This document shows, piece after piece, positions 31,700-42,600 of a stretch of 64,000 nucleotides of DNA (position 1 is its first letter; the number at the start of each line of letters is the position of its first letter). Location: assembly GCA_963766075.1 (NCBI GenBank), contig CAVYAN010000041.1:1-64000 (forward strand), given 5' to 3'. The translations under genes and the position numbers were made by a program. The stretch comes from an uncultured cyanobacterium. Lineage in GTDB: Bacteria; Cyanobacteriota; Cyanobacteriia; Leptolyngbyales; Leptolyngbyaceae. Below the pieces are notes generated by a model. That model saw only the letters and a list, made by a program, of their open reading frames with translations, had not been told where the DNA came from and ran no database searches.

Positions 31700-33472
31700 A
31701 TGAGAATCAGCTTGGGGCGCAGAGGGTTTCGGGGCAAACGATTTCGAGGGCATTGGCTTCAGGAATGGCAGTTGTTAGTGATTGCTCCTAGCGCCACGGC
31801 TTTTGTATTAATGGTTGCTGGATTGGGTCTGTTACAACCATTAGAGTTAGCGGCAGTTGATTTGTTTTTTCGCGCTCGTCCGCTGGAACCCCCTGATGCT
31901 CGGATTGTCGTTGTGACGATTGATGAGGAAGATATTCGCAAGGCGGGACAGTGGCCCATTCCCGATCAACTTTTAGCAAAGGCATTGTCCAATTTGAGGG
32001 CGCAGCAACCGCGCGTGATCGGGCTGGATATGTATCGCGACTTACCCGTAGAGCCGGGGCATCAGGATCTGGTGAATCTGTTTAAATCAACGCCCAATCT
32101 GATTGGCATCCAGCATCAGTTTGGAGGTAAGGGTGTGGCCTCGCCTTCTGTACTGGCGCAGTTAAATCAAATAGCAGAGGCGCATATTCCAGAAGATACC
32201 GATAAGCGGGTGCGTCGGGTCCTGCTAACAGCAAGTCAGGACGGTAGGGTGCACATGGGGCTAGGATTAGCGATTGCCTTAAAATATTTGGAACAAGATG
32301 AAATTACACCTGTTAGCGTTTCCGGCTTACCGGATGCTTATCAACTGGGTCGCGCGCACATTGAACTCCTGCGCCAGGATGATGGTGGTTATGTGCACCT
32401 GGATACGCGGGGCTACCAACTGCTGTTGAACTTTCGAGGATCGGGAGCGACTTTTCGGACTCTTTCGTTCACCGATGTACTGAATAATCGTGTGCCGGAA
32501 GATTGGGTTCGCGATCGCGTGGTTTTAGTGGGGACGACGGCGGAAAGCATCAAGGATTTTTTTCTCACTCCGTATAGTGATAGCCGGAATGGACAAACCG
32601 GTTGGACGGCGGGCGTGCTGATTCATGCCCATGCCATTAGTCAAATTCTGAGTGCGGCGATTGATGGTCGGCCCTTGCTAATTGGTTCTCCGGGTTCTCT
32701 GCGATGGCTCTGGACATTGGCCGGAGCGGTAATAGGCGTGTTGGTGAGCTGGAACATTCTGCATGCAAATTGGTTGTTCAAACAATTTACTTCGACTGGG
32801 GCGATATTGGGTACGGGGTTGGGCAGTAGCGGGATCCTGATCATTGGCTATCTGCTCTTTCTAAAAGGCTGGTGGATGCCTGTCGTGATGCCTATTTTTG
32901 CCTTAAACTTAGCGGCGATCGCCTGTTTTGCTTTGCATAGTTATAAGCTTCAGCGCCTTGCTTACTTTGATGGACTGACTCAAGTTGCCAATCGGCGCTA
33001 TTTTGATTTGTATCTAGCGGGTCAGGTTCAGAAAAAGGGCTATTTATCGCTAGTGCTGTGTGATGTTGATTGCTTCAAGTTGTATAACGATACCTATGGA
33101 CACCAAGCTGGGGATTTATGCTTGCAGCAGGTGGCCATGGCAACTCAGCGTGCGGTACGGGGCAGTGGTTTTGTGGCCCGTTATGGGGGCGAGGAGTTTG
33201 TTGTGGTCTTACCTCGTGCCGATGGGGCTGATGCGGCCCTAGTGGCTGAGCGAATTGTTATGCAAGTTAGAGGACTCCAACTTGCCCATAAAACTTCGAC
33301 AGCAGCCAGCTATGTGACACTCAGTTGTGGTGTGGCGACGGTAGACGTTGATGATAAGAAGTTAGGCAGCGCGGATTGGTCGGGTAGCAATTTAGTGGCA
33401 GCAGCGGATCAAGCGCTCTATAACTCGAAACATAATGGTAGAGATCGCTTTACGCTCATCGATTATCCATAA
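31700..33472 (+). CDS. CHASE2 sensor diguanylate cyclase
   Basis: RIVVVTIDEEDI..WPIPD..VIGLDMYRD CHASE2, three TM helices, DGLTQVANRR, DVDCFK.YND.YGH..GD and GGEEF. Confidence 0.92.
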   Translation: MRISLGRRGFRGKRFRGHWLQEWQLLVIAPSATAFVLMVAGLGLLQPLELAAVDLFFRARPLEPPDARIVVVTIDEEDIRKAGQWPIPDQLLAKALSNLRAQQPRVIGLDMYRDLPVEPGHQDLVNLFKSTPNLIGIQHQFGGKGVASPSVLAQLNQIAEAHIPEDTDKRVRRVLLTASQDGRVHMGLGLAIALKYLEQDEITPVSVSGLPDAYQLGRAHIELLRQDDGGYVHLDTRGYQLLLNFRGSGATFRTLSFTDVLNNRVPEDWVRDRVVLVGTTAESIKDFFLTPYSDSRNGQTGWTAGVLIHAHAISQILSAAIDGRPLLIGSPGSLRWLWTLAGAVIGVLVSWNILHANWLFKQFTSTGAILGTGLGSSGILIIGYLLFLKGWWMPVVMPIFALNLAAIACFALHSYKLQRLAYFDGLTQVANRRYFDLYLAGQVQKKGYLSLVLCDVDCFKLYNDTYGHQAGDLCLQQVAMATQRAVRGSGFVARYGGEEFVVVLPRADGADAALVAERIVMQVRGLQLAHKTSTAASYVTLSCGVATVDVDDKKLGSADWSGSNLVAAADQALYNSKHNGRDRFTLIDYP

Positions 33473-33655
33473 ATTAAGATTGGATAAGAATTAGATAAGC
33501 AATACATGCAGCCCAGTTTGAGTGCTTCCTAAGATCTGCCTGGGCACTTACACGGGCACTTACATAGTTGTGCGGAAACAAGCGTTCTGTACGGCTTCAA
33601 AGTTGCTTGGGGAGCAAGCCAGGGATGCTCACTAAAGCAAGCGCTTCAACCAGGC

Positions 33656-33692
33656 AAAAATAAAACCGACAGTGTTGTAAAACCCTGTCGGT
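33656..33692 (-). terminator. Rho-independent terminator on the minus strand
   Basis: ACCGACAG/CTGTCGGT stem (33665-33692) followed on the minus strand by TTTATTTTT. Confidence 0.7.
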
Positions 33693-33905
33693 CAGTCGTG
33701 TGTTCCCTGTTGATGACTCGGCTAAAGTTGAGTCTCCTTTATTATGTCTTGGGGGTTCGAGGGAAGAAGCGATCTCAATCAATCTGCCTTGTGATTCTGG
33801 TCACAGGTTAACCAGTATGTCAGGTATGCCAGGCGCTCGTCTGTCAGCGGGTTGGAAAAGTACGGGTAGACGGAGAGGGGCGTGGGTGGCCTGAACAGGG
33901 GGGGA

Positions 33906-34982
33906 TTATCGAACGAGCAGTTGGCTGAACCAGTGCTCGAGGCGATCTCCCATGGCTGCTAAGGAATACTCGGCTTCGGCTTGCTGCCGACAAACGGCGC
34001 GATCAATAGAGTGAATATTAGCGATCGCGGCTACTAGCTCTGACACATTGTCCGGTGCCACCAGCCAACCCGTTTTGCCATCTTGCACAATTTCGGCGGG
34101 TCCTCCCCGTCGATAGGCAATGACGGGAACGCCACAGGCCAGAGCTTCAATGGCAACGTTCCCAAACGCTTCAATCCAATGGGGTGTCATCAGCAACGCG
34201 CGACAGGTGCCTAGGGCCTGCTGCAAGTCGGTGGTTTCTAAAAAACCGGCATAGTGAATGGGAGCGGTGGGATAGGTGCGACAAATGTGATCCCAGTACG
34301 CTGAATCTTGCATGACGCCCCAAATTTTGAGGGGGATATTGGTAATCTGGGCAGCGGCGACAGCATCTTCCAAGCCTTTTTCGGGGGAAATGCGCCCGAC
34401 CCAGCCAAGGTGGTCTGCGGGGGTCGGATTGAATTGGTATTGGGATAGATCGAATCCATTGCCCATTACTCGGCAGCGATCGCCGAAGCCAAAGGTATCT
34501 GCCTGGGCACGGCTGTGGACCGCCACCGTGTGTGGAAAGGCATCGGCAACCTGCGCGATCGCTGCATCCATGGCATCGCTGAGGGATCCCATGCTAACCA
34601 AATGGGCAATGGGGCGTTGCAAAAAGGGCGTGAGGTAGAACGGCAGCCAGTCATAGGCAAAGTTCAGAAACAGGTCATAGGTGCTTTGCACTTGGCGTGC
34701 ATAGTCCCACATATTGGCGAGGACCGAGTTACCAGGTAAGGTGATTGCTGCTGTCCGACCGGCTGTTTGGGCAGTGGTTTGCAGGACTCCGGGAATTTCT
34801 ACTAAAGGAAAGACTGATTCTGATCCTGCGGGGGCGACGATCGTCATGTGATGATTTTTGAGAGTCAATGCCTTAGCCAGGTTGACTACGGTTAACTCCA
34901 CGCCACCCCCTAAGCCGGAACCCAGCGGCCCAACGGAAGTGGACAGAAACAGGATTTTAAGGGGCGATCGCAGAGTGGTCAT
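33906..34982 (-). CDS. Glycosyltransferase family 4
   Basis: GGGVE, WVGRISPEKG and EAFGNVAIEALACGVPV motifs. Confidence 0.9.
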   Translation of the reverse strand: MTTLRSPLKILFLSTSVGPLGSGLGGGVELTVVNLAKALTLKNHHMTIVAPAGSESVFPLVEIPGVLQTTAQTAGRTAAITLPGNSVLANMWDYARQVQSTYDLFLNFAYDWLPFYLTPFLQRPIAHLVSMGSLSDAMDAAIAQVADAFPHTVAVHSRAQADTFGFGDRCRVMGNGFDLSQYQFNPTPADHLGWVGRISPEKGLEDAVAAAQITNIPLKIWGVMQDSAYWDHICRTYPTAPIHYAGFLETTDLQQALGTCRALLMTPHWIEAFGNVAIEALACGVPVIAYRRGGPAEIVQDGKTGWLVAPDNVSELVAAIANIHSIDRAVCRQQAEAEYSLAAMGDRLEHWFSQLLVR

Positions 34983-35025
34983 AGCATAGGTTTATCATCG
35001 CGTATCCAAGATAACGGATCTGATA

Positions 35026-36099
35026 TTACTCCAGTTCTGTCAATGAGGCTGGGACTGGGTCTAAATCCACTGCCTCCGATGCCACGACTGCCGTGGTTAC
35101 TGCTGTGTCTAACGTAGGAATTGTTTGGGGTTTACTGAACTTTTGGGCTAACACATCCCGTTGATTGATCAAATAAATGCTCACTAGGGTTAACATGACC
35201 CCCAGCCATTGAATTGAACTCAGCATTTCTGCCAAAAACAAATTGCCAAAAAATAGAGCAAATACAGGCGTCAAAAATGTTAGGGAGCTGAGGCTAGTTA
35301 AACTACCGCTGGAGGCAAAGTAGAAAAATAGGCCATAGGCGATCGCACTGCCAAACACCGTGGAGTAGCTGAGCGCGATCAGATCGGCAGTTTGTAGATG
35401 GTTCCATTGCCCTGTTTCGCCTAACGCTGACAGCCCAAACAGCGGTAGTCCACCCAAAATCATATGCCACCCGGTCGCGGCGATCGGATCGGCGTGCCGA
35501 CTGACATAGCGCATTAAAATAGTTCCTACAGCCATAGACAACGAAGCTAACAACATTAACCATTGGCCATTCTGGAACAGGGCTGTGAGCCAATCAAAAC
35601 TCGGATCAAATCCGTTTGCCAAGGTTCGACCTTGCCAAATGGCCACAATCCACTCATCGGGTAGCCCTAGCAAGCTAATCCCCACTACGCCAACTGCCAA
35701 GCCCATCCAGCCCCATAGGCCAATTTTTTCGCCAAATAGCCATGCCGCCATCAATGCCACGGCGATAGGCTGGGAGTCAATCATGACTGAGCCCAAGCCT
35801 GCGCCAGTGCGGACCAGGCCCTCTGCCAGAAAGCCCTGAAATAATGTGCCGTCCACCATGCCAAACAGCACAATCCACAACCATGCCTGGAGACCCTGGG
35901 GTTGGGGTTTACCGAGGGCGATCGCTGTCCCCAGGACCAACAGTCCCGCTGGCAAAAGTCGCACCCCTGCCATAAACAGAGGCGTAGAATTGGGAATCAC
36001 GCCCTTCATGGCGACCATCGCTGTACCCCAAAAGAAAAATGGCGCAATCAATAGCAGCAGGGCCAAGGGAGAGTTCGATCGAGTAAGCTGAGAGTCCAT
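35026..36099 (-). CDS. DMT/EamA family transporter
   Basis: Two EamA repeats with about 10 TM helices (FFWGTA, LFGEKIG, FLTPVFA). Confidence 0.9.
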   Translation of the reverse strand: MDSQLTRSNSPLALLLLIAPFFFWGTAMVAMKGVIPNSTPLFMAGVRLLPAGLLVLGTAIALGKPQPQGLQAWLWIVLFGMVDGTLFQGFLAEGLVRTGAGLGSVMIDSQPIAVALMAAWLFGEKIGLWGWMGLAVGVVGISLLGLPDEWIVAIWQGRTLANGFDPSFDWLTALFQNGQWLMLLASLSMAVGTILMRYVSRHADPIAATGWHMILGGLPLFGLSALGETGQWNHLQTADLIALSYSTVFGSAIAYGLFFYFASSGSLTSLSSLTFLTPVFALFFGNLFLAEMLSSIQWLGVMLTLVSIYLINQRDVLAQKFSKPQTIPTLDTAVTTAVVASEAVDLDPVPASLTELE

Positions 36100-36191
36100 G
36101 AATGAGGAAGGGGAGAAGGAGAGGCAATGTCATCCTATCAATCTTATACTTATGTTAAGTAGCCTACAAAACTATTCCGGTTAGAATTCCT

Positions 36192-37032
36192 ATGATTTGG
36201 CCTTTTAAGCCCCGATTTCGGAAACAAATTGCCCGCATCGAGATATTCGGGGGCGATCGCGGGTGCCGCCCGTAAACATGTTCTAGAAGCACTCAAGACT
36301 GTGGAGGAGCGCAAGTTCCCGGCTTTACTGCTGCGCATTGATAGCCCAGGTGGGACGGTCGGGGACTCTCAGGAAATCTACGCAGCCCTCAAGCGCCTAC
36401 AGTCCAAGGTGAAAATTGTTGCAAGTTTTGGTAATATTTCTGCCTCTGGTGGTGTCTATATTGGCATGGGGGCCCAACATATCGTCAGCAATCCCGGCAC
36501 GATTACCGGCAGCATTGGCGTCATTCTGCGCGGTAATAATATTGAGCGTTTGCTGGATCGAGTTGGGGTCTCCTTTAAAGTTGTTAAATCGGGTCCTTAT
36601 AAAGATATTCTGGCGTTCGATCGCGAAATGACTGAAGCAGAACGTCACATTTTGCAGGACTTAATTGACACTAGCTATGGGCAATTCGTCCAAACCGTTG
36701 CTGATGCGCGCAACCTCCCAATTGAAACTGTCAAAACCTTTGCTGACGGGCGGGTCTTTACCGGACAGCAAGCGTTGTCTTTGGGAGTAGTGGATCGCTT
36801 GGGTACCGAAGAAGATGCCCGACGGTGGGCCTGCGAGTTGGTCGATTTAGATCCCGAGAAAACCCGCTGCTTTACCCTAGAAGAGCGTAAACCCTTGCTG
36901 AGTCGATTAACTGCTCGCCAGCAATCTGCTATCGGTCCGCTGCTTTCCTTGCGGGGATTGCAGGCTGGAAGCACTTGGTTAGAATTTGAACTCGAAACAG
37001 CAGGCGTGCCACTGTGGTTGTATCGGCCTTAG
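36192..37032 (+). CDS. sppA: Signal peptide peptidase SppA (S49, short type) with an apparent frameshift near 36245
   Basis: ATG 36192 reads MIWPFKPRFRKQIARIEI, then a shifted frame reads SGAIAG..RIDSPGG..ASGGVY..TGSIGV..KSGPYKD. Confidence 0.88.
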
Positions 37033-37356
37033 CCATCGGTTTCACCAGAGGATTTGACCTGGAAGGGGGATAAGCAGTAGCCAATTGCCTGCGTAGTGGC
37101 GCAGAATTGCGCCATCCATCCGGGAATCGGGGCAAGATTTTTTGTCTTCATAGGGTACCCTCAGCTATCAGAGCGTTTCGGCTCATATGTCCTCTGTATT
37201 AAGAACGTAATTAAACTTTAGGTAGATTCCACGCTTAGCTGCTGACGCAACGACAAATATCAGGCATCATGGGATCTGGGAGTTCCTGGGATGGTGGAAG
37301 CTACCCAGCTAATGTTTCGATGTTTAAAGTTATGTTAAACGCACGGAGGTAGCAGC

Positions 37357-37785
37357 GTGGGTTGGCGAGTCAGAGCAGTTCGTGGGGCGACCACAGTATC
37401 CGAAAACACCGTCACCGCTATGCGGGAATCCGTGCATGAGCTTCTGGATGAATTAGAAGCCTACAATCGCCTTGATATGGAGGAGGTTGTCAGTGTGACG
37501 TTCTCTGTTACTCGCGATTTAGATGCGGCGTTCCCCGCGGCGATCGCTCGCGAGCGTCCCAACTGGTCCAATGTGCCTCTGTTTGATGTTCAACAGATGC
37601 ATGTCGCGGGCAGTCTGCAACGCTGTGTCCGGTTTCTCATTCATTTCAATACCCCTGACCCAAACATCAAAATTTACCATCCGTACCTGCGTGGGGCCAG
37701 AAATCTACGGCCTGACTGGAGTATTACGCCGGCGGTAGCGCGCTCTACCAGCGTTCTGAAACAGCACCACTCCGTGGGGCATTAA
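37357..37785 (+). CDS. aroH: Chorismate mutase, AroH class
   Basis: VRAVRGATT, FSVTRDLDAAFPA..AR, RCVR..H and YLRGARNLRPD. Confidence 0.92.
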   Translation: MGWRVRAVRGATTVSENTVTAMRESVHELLDELEAYNRLDMEEVVSVTFSVTRDLDAAFPAAIARERPNWSNVPLFDVQQMHVAGSLQRCVRFLIHFNTPDPNIKIYHPYLRGARNLRPDWSITPAVARSTSVLKQHHSVGH

Positions 37786-37852
37786 TTCGCACACTGTGCC
37801 CGGGTTTACAGCACCCAAGTTTTAGGTTGTTTGCAACAGACCGAACCTGCAA

Positions 37853-39595
37853 CTAGCGGGTCGTTTGCGTCGCAATCAAAGTGGTTGCACTCGTCGCGTC
37901 AATGGGGCAAGAGAACAAAAATCCTTGCCCGTAGTCACAGTCAAGTCCGCGCAAAATATCAACATGAGCGGGTTGTTCCAAACCTTCTGCTACTACTTTT
38001 AGTCCTAATCGTTTAGCCAGTTCAATAATTGTTGAAGTGATTTCTAAATTGGTTTGGTTGGTATCAATATCTTGAATAAACGAGCGATCAATCTTTAAGG
38101 CAGTCAGGGGTAATGATTGGAGATAGGAAAGCGATGAATAACCTGTGCCAAAGTCATCGATTGATAAACCAATGCAACGCTCTCGAAGGTGTTCTAGAAT
38201 ATCAACGGCATCTTTAATATTTTCCATTAATACTGTTTCCGTAATTTCCAAGATCAAATTCTCTCCACTTAAACCGGAGTGATTGAGATTCTGATCAATG
38301 TGTTGGAGTAAAGTTGGACTCACGAGTTGCAGCCCTGATAGATTAACGCTAATTCGGGCAGGGGAAGCCTCGGCAAATTGGGCTTTCCAATACCCAAGCT
38401 GCTGACAGGCTTCTGCGAGTACCCAGTTGCCTAGCAGTACAATTAGCCCCGTTTCCTCTGCTAGTGGAATGAATTCTAGGGGCGAGATCCACCCTTGAGT
38501 GGGATGTTGCCATCGGACCAAAGCTTCAAAGCCAATCAACCGCCCTGTGGCTAACAAGAAAATGGGCTGGTAGTGCACCTGCAATTGTTGCGACATAATG
38601 GCTTCTTGCAAATTCACTTCCAAATTTAACCGCTCCATGGCGGTCTGTTGCATGCTGGCATTAAAGAAAATCGTGCGATCGCCGCTGCCCCGTCTGGCAT
38701 AGTTAATAGCGGTGTCAGCGGCTCGGAGAAAGTCTTCAGGTTGCTCGTAGGAAAGATCGCTCAATACCAGTCCGACATGAATGAGTGACGATACAGCGAT
38801 TCCATCCAGTTGGATTGGAGCCTCAAATAGCTGGTGTAGTTGTCTAACAGCGGCTTCAAGATGGGCTAGGGTTTCAACGGGCTGTAACAAAATTGCAAAT
38901 TCATTCGTTTCTAGGCGGGCAACCGTTTTAGCGGGAACGCCCCACTGTGCCAACCGATGGGCAACTTCAATCAGCAGGCGATCGCTGAGACCATGCCCAA
39001 ACCCAGATTTGATAATCGAATACCGTTCAATATCAAGGAGCAACACGGCAAAGGCAGTGCCCTGGGATTGGTGGAGGGTGATGCTCTGGGTGACTTCTTT
39101 GAGTAATCCATTCCGGTTGGGCAGGCCCGTGAGTTGGTCATAAAAGACCAAGTTGTGCAAGCGATCGAGGGCTTCCTGAAGTTGCTGCTGCTGTTCTTGC
39201 AAATGATGAACACAGGCCAGAGTTTTGTTAATGGTGATTTCTAGATCTTCAAAATCAATCGGCTTTGTTAAAAAGTCAAAGGCTCCGCGATTCATGGCGG
39301 TCCGAATATTCTTCATATCCCCATAGGCGGAAACGACAACGGCCTTGAGGGGGCGATCGAACTCGGCTAAGTTGGACAGTAGGGTTAAGCCATCCATCTC
39401 TGGCATCCGGATATCGGTCAGAATCATATCAATCGAATGAGATTCTCGCAGAATTTGGAGTGCTTCTACACCATTTTGGGCGAACTGAAAACTGAACTCT
39501 CCGGTTTGAATCTTTTTTCGAAACCGTTGCTGCATGAGACGTTGTATTTCCAGCTCATCATCAACCACTAAAATCAGATTCGATTTATTCTTCAT
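37853..39595 (-). CDS. Response regulator with a degenerate GGDEF domain and an EAL c-di-GMP phosphodiesterase
   Basis: REC (VDDE, TDIRMP, KP); GGDEF site reads LETNEF; EAL, ELEITET-like, DDFGTGYSS and AEG motifs intact. Confidence 0.9.
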   Translation of the reverse strand: MKNKSNLILVVDDELEIQRLMQQRFRKKIQTGEFSFQFAQNGVEALQILRESHSIDMILTDIRMPEMDGLTLLSNLAEFDRPLKAVVVSAYGDMKNIRTAMNRGAFDFLTKPIDFEDLEITINKTLACVHHLQEQQQQLQEALDRLHNLVFYDQLTGLPNRNGLLKEVTQSITLHQSQGTAFAVLLLDIERYSIIKSGFGHGLSDRLLIEVAHRLAQWGVPAKTVARLETNEFAILLQPVETLAHLEAAVRQLHQLFEAPIQLDGIAVSSLIHVGLVLSDLSYEQPEDFLRAADTAINYARRGSGDRTIFFNASMQQTAMERLNLEVNLQEAIMSQQLQVHYQPIFLLATGRLIGFEALVRWQHPTQGWISPLEFIPLAEETGLIVLLGNWVLAEACQQLGYWKAQFAEASPARISVNLSGLQLVSPTLLQHIDQNLNHSGLSGENLILEITETVLMENIKDAVDILEHLRERCIGLSIDDFGTGYSSLSYLQSLPLTALKIDRSFIQDIDTNQTNLEITSTIIELAKRLGLKVVAEGLEQPAHVDILRGLDCDYGQGFLFSCPIDATSATTLIATQTTR

Positions 39596-39642
39596 AACTC
39601 TAATAAAGACTCGTTCCCAGCGCCCTCCATGGTCACTATATA

Positions 39643-42600
39643 TCAAATAGCAATAGGATTATGTATTTTTGTTGTGGTTAACACGACGATAACCTCAGTG
39701 AATTCACTGAAATTACTGTGGATCGCCAAAGTTCCTTGGTGTTGTTGAACAATGATGTCGTGGGTGATAGACAGTCCCAATCCAGTGCCTGCGCCCGGGG
39801 GTTTGGTCGTGAAGAAGGGATCAAAGATCTTCGCTTGGATAAGGGGGGGAATCCCACAGCCATTATCGTGAATGCGAATTTCTACCTGTTCTCCTGCCTG
39901 TTGGGTCGAGATCACTAGGGTGGGGGTATAGTCTGCTGTGGTTTGAGCGGTCGCTGTTGCCAATTGGTGTTGTTTCATTCGCATAGCATCGCAGGCATTG
40001 TCAATCAAGTTAATGAAGGCCCGTGTCAGCGCACTGGGAATGACATTCACTACGGTTACCGCTGCGTCGTAATGGGTGTAGATGGTTAAGTGAAAGGTGT
40101 CGTCCTGTGCTCGTTTACTCCGGTATGACAATTGTGCGGCTTGATTGAGCAAGTCATGCAGTAGGATGGGTTGGGGGTTTGTCCGTCCATCATCCGTCCG
40201 GGCATGTTGCATCATGCTGGCAATGATGTGGGAGGCGCGCTGACTATGATGGCAAATAGTCGCGGCATTTTCCTGTAGATCGCTAATCAGGATGGCAATT
40301 AAGGCCGCGGTTTCCGGATCTTGAGCTGGCGTGATGGGCTGTAACGCATCCAACAGGTCTTGCGTAAGTTCGATGGAACCTTCGGCATAATTTTTGACAA
40401 AGTTAAGGGGATTGCGCAGTTCATGGGCGATCCCGGCGGTGAGCGTGCCTAAGGATGCCAGTTTTTCCTGGGCGATGATCCGCTCTTGGGCGGTTTTGAG
40501 CTCGACGGTGCGTTCTTCCACCCGATGTTCTAGGGTTTGAGAATAGTTTGCCAGTTGTTGGTTGGCGACTTCTAGCTGGTGGGCCTGCTGTTGGAGTTGG
40601 ACTTCGGCGGCTTTGCGATCGCTGATATCCCGCACAATACCTTGCAGTCCGATCGCATTACCTTCGGCATCTTTAATGGGGGTCATGTTCACTGTTACCC
40701 ATAGATAGCTACCGTCTCGACATAAGTGCCGAAACTCTACGTTTTGCTGCTTCTCTCCTCGCTCCAGCGACACTCTAGCGGGTGCAATAGCTCTGTCTAA
40801 GTCATCGGGATGAATCAATTTTGCAAAGGATTGTCCAATCCATTCAGATGGAGACAGTCCAAACATGGTCTGAAATTGAGGAGAGAGATAAGTCAACGTG
40901 CTGTCTGCTTGTGCCGCCCAGATCATATCGTTGGCTCCTTCCACGAGTCTTCTGAATTTGTTCTCACTCTCAGTTAGGGCGGCTTCGGCGGCTTTGCGAT
41001 CGGTAATATCCGTGACCGTGCCGACATAACCGATGATGGTTCCCTCTGGGTCGTGTTCGGCGATCGCTTGGGCTAAGACCCAGGCTATTTGACCCGTAAC
41101 GGCGTGCTGAAACCGGCACTCCGTCTGAAATCGACGATTAGACTGTGCTGCTTGGTACCATTCTGCAAACACACGTTCTCGATCATCCGGGTGAATCGCA
41201 CTGCTCCAGCCCTGTCCCAGAGCGGCTTTCATGGTGAATCCAGCAATTTGGCACCAGCGTTCGTTGGCATAGATGCAATCCCCTTGCAGATTCGTGCGAA
41301 AGATGCCGACTGGGGCGATTTGAGCCAACATATGATATTGGCTTTCGCTGAAGCGTAAGGCTTGCTCTGCCTGATCCCGTTCTGCTTCGCTGCGTTTGCG
41401 ATCGGTGATATCTTGAACTACCCCAATGAAATACTCTGGTTCCCCAGAAACATCGCGTACAAGAGAAGCAAACAGATTCACCCAAACGATGGACCCATTG
41501 GCATGGATGTAGCGCTTTTCCATCGCGAAGGAGGAGGTTTCTCCGGCGAGCAACCGGATAACATGGGCTTTGTTGTTTGCCAGATCATCGGGATGGGTAA
41601 TACCGCTAATATGCTTGAAGCTCAGTGCCGCTTCGGAATAACCCACAATGTCGCAAAATTTCTGGTTCATGCGGACAATATTCCCATGGGTATCCATTTC
41701 GAGAATGCCGACAGCCGCTTGCTCAAAAGTGGCACGGAAGCGTTCTTCGCTGTCGCGGAGGGCAAACTCGGCTTGCTTGCGATCGCTAATCTCCATCAGA
41801 ACGCCATCCCATATGACCCATCCATTCGCTTGCCGCTTCGGTTGGGAGGCAACCTGCACCCATTTCACTTTCCCACTGAGTGTCATAATGCGAAACTCTT
41901 GTCGAAAGGGGACGAGGTTCTCAGCCGATTGCCGGATTGCCTGAGCGATCCGAGACCGATCGTCGGGATGTTCAAAATCGCGTAGGCAGTATTGCCCTAA
42001 GATGATCGCTTCGGCGGTGACTTCATAGAGGTCGTGGCACCCTGAGCTGATATAGGATGTGAAAGAGGAGCCATCGTCAGGATTGATGCAAATTTGGACA
42101 ATCACGCCTGGAAGATTATCCGATATGGTTTGGAAGCGCACCTCGCTAGAACGTAGGGCCTCCAGGGACTGTTGGGATTGTTGATAGAGTTGGGCGTTTT
42201 CCAGAGAAATCGCGGCTTGGGTACAAAGGAGGGTGAGGATTTCGATGCGATCGCGGGTAAACGCTCCCGCCGTCAGTTGGTTCTCCAAGTACAAAATGCC
42301 AATCAATCGACCCTGCTTGAGCAGTGGCATACACAACGCTGCTCGGATCGGATGATGTTGCCAATAGGGATCGACCACAAAGGGGCCGGTTGCCTGCGGA
42401 TCATCCAGAATCAATGGCTCGCGATGATGACGCACCGCGTTCACAATTGTCAGAGGCAACTCCTGGCTCAGCTCCATCGGCAAAAATGGTAGCAGCACGG
42501 CCTGATCGGAATCATGGGCGATCATGGCCACAAGGCTCATCTGGTTATTGTTTGGTAAAAGTAGGATGCCTTTGGTGGCTCCGGCAGTCGCCAGAATCAC

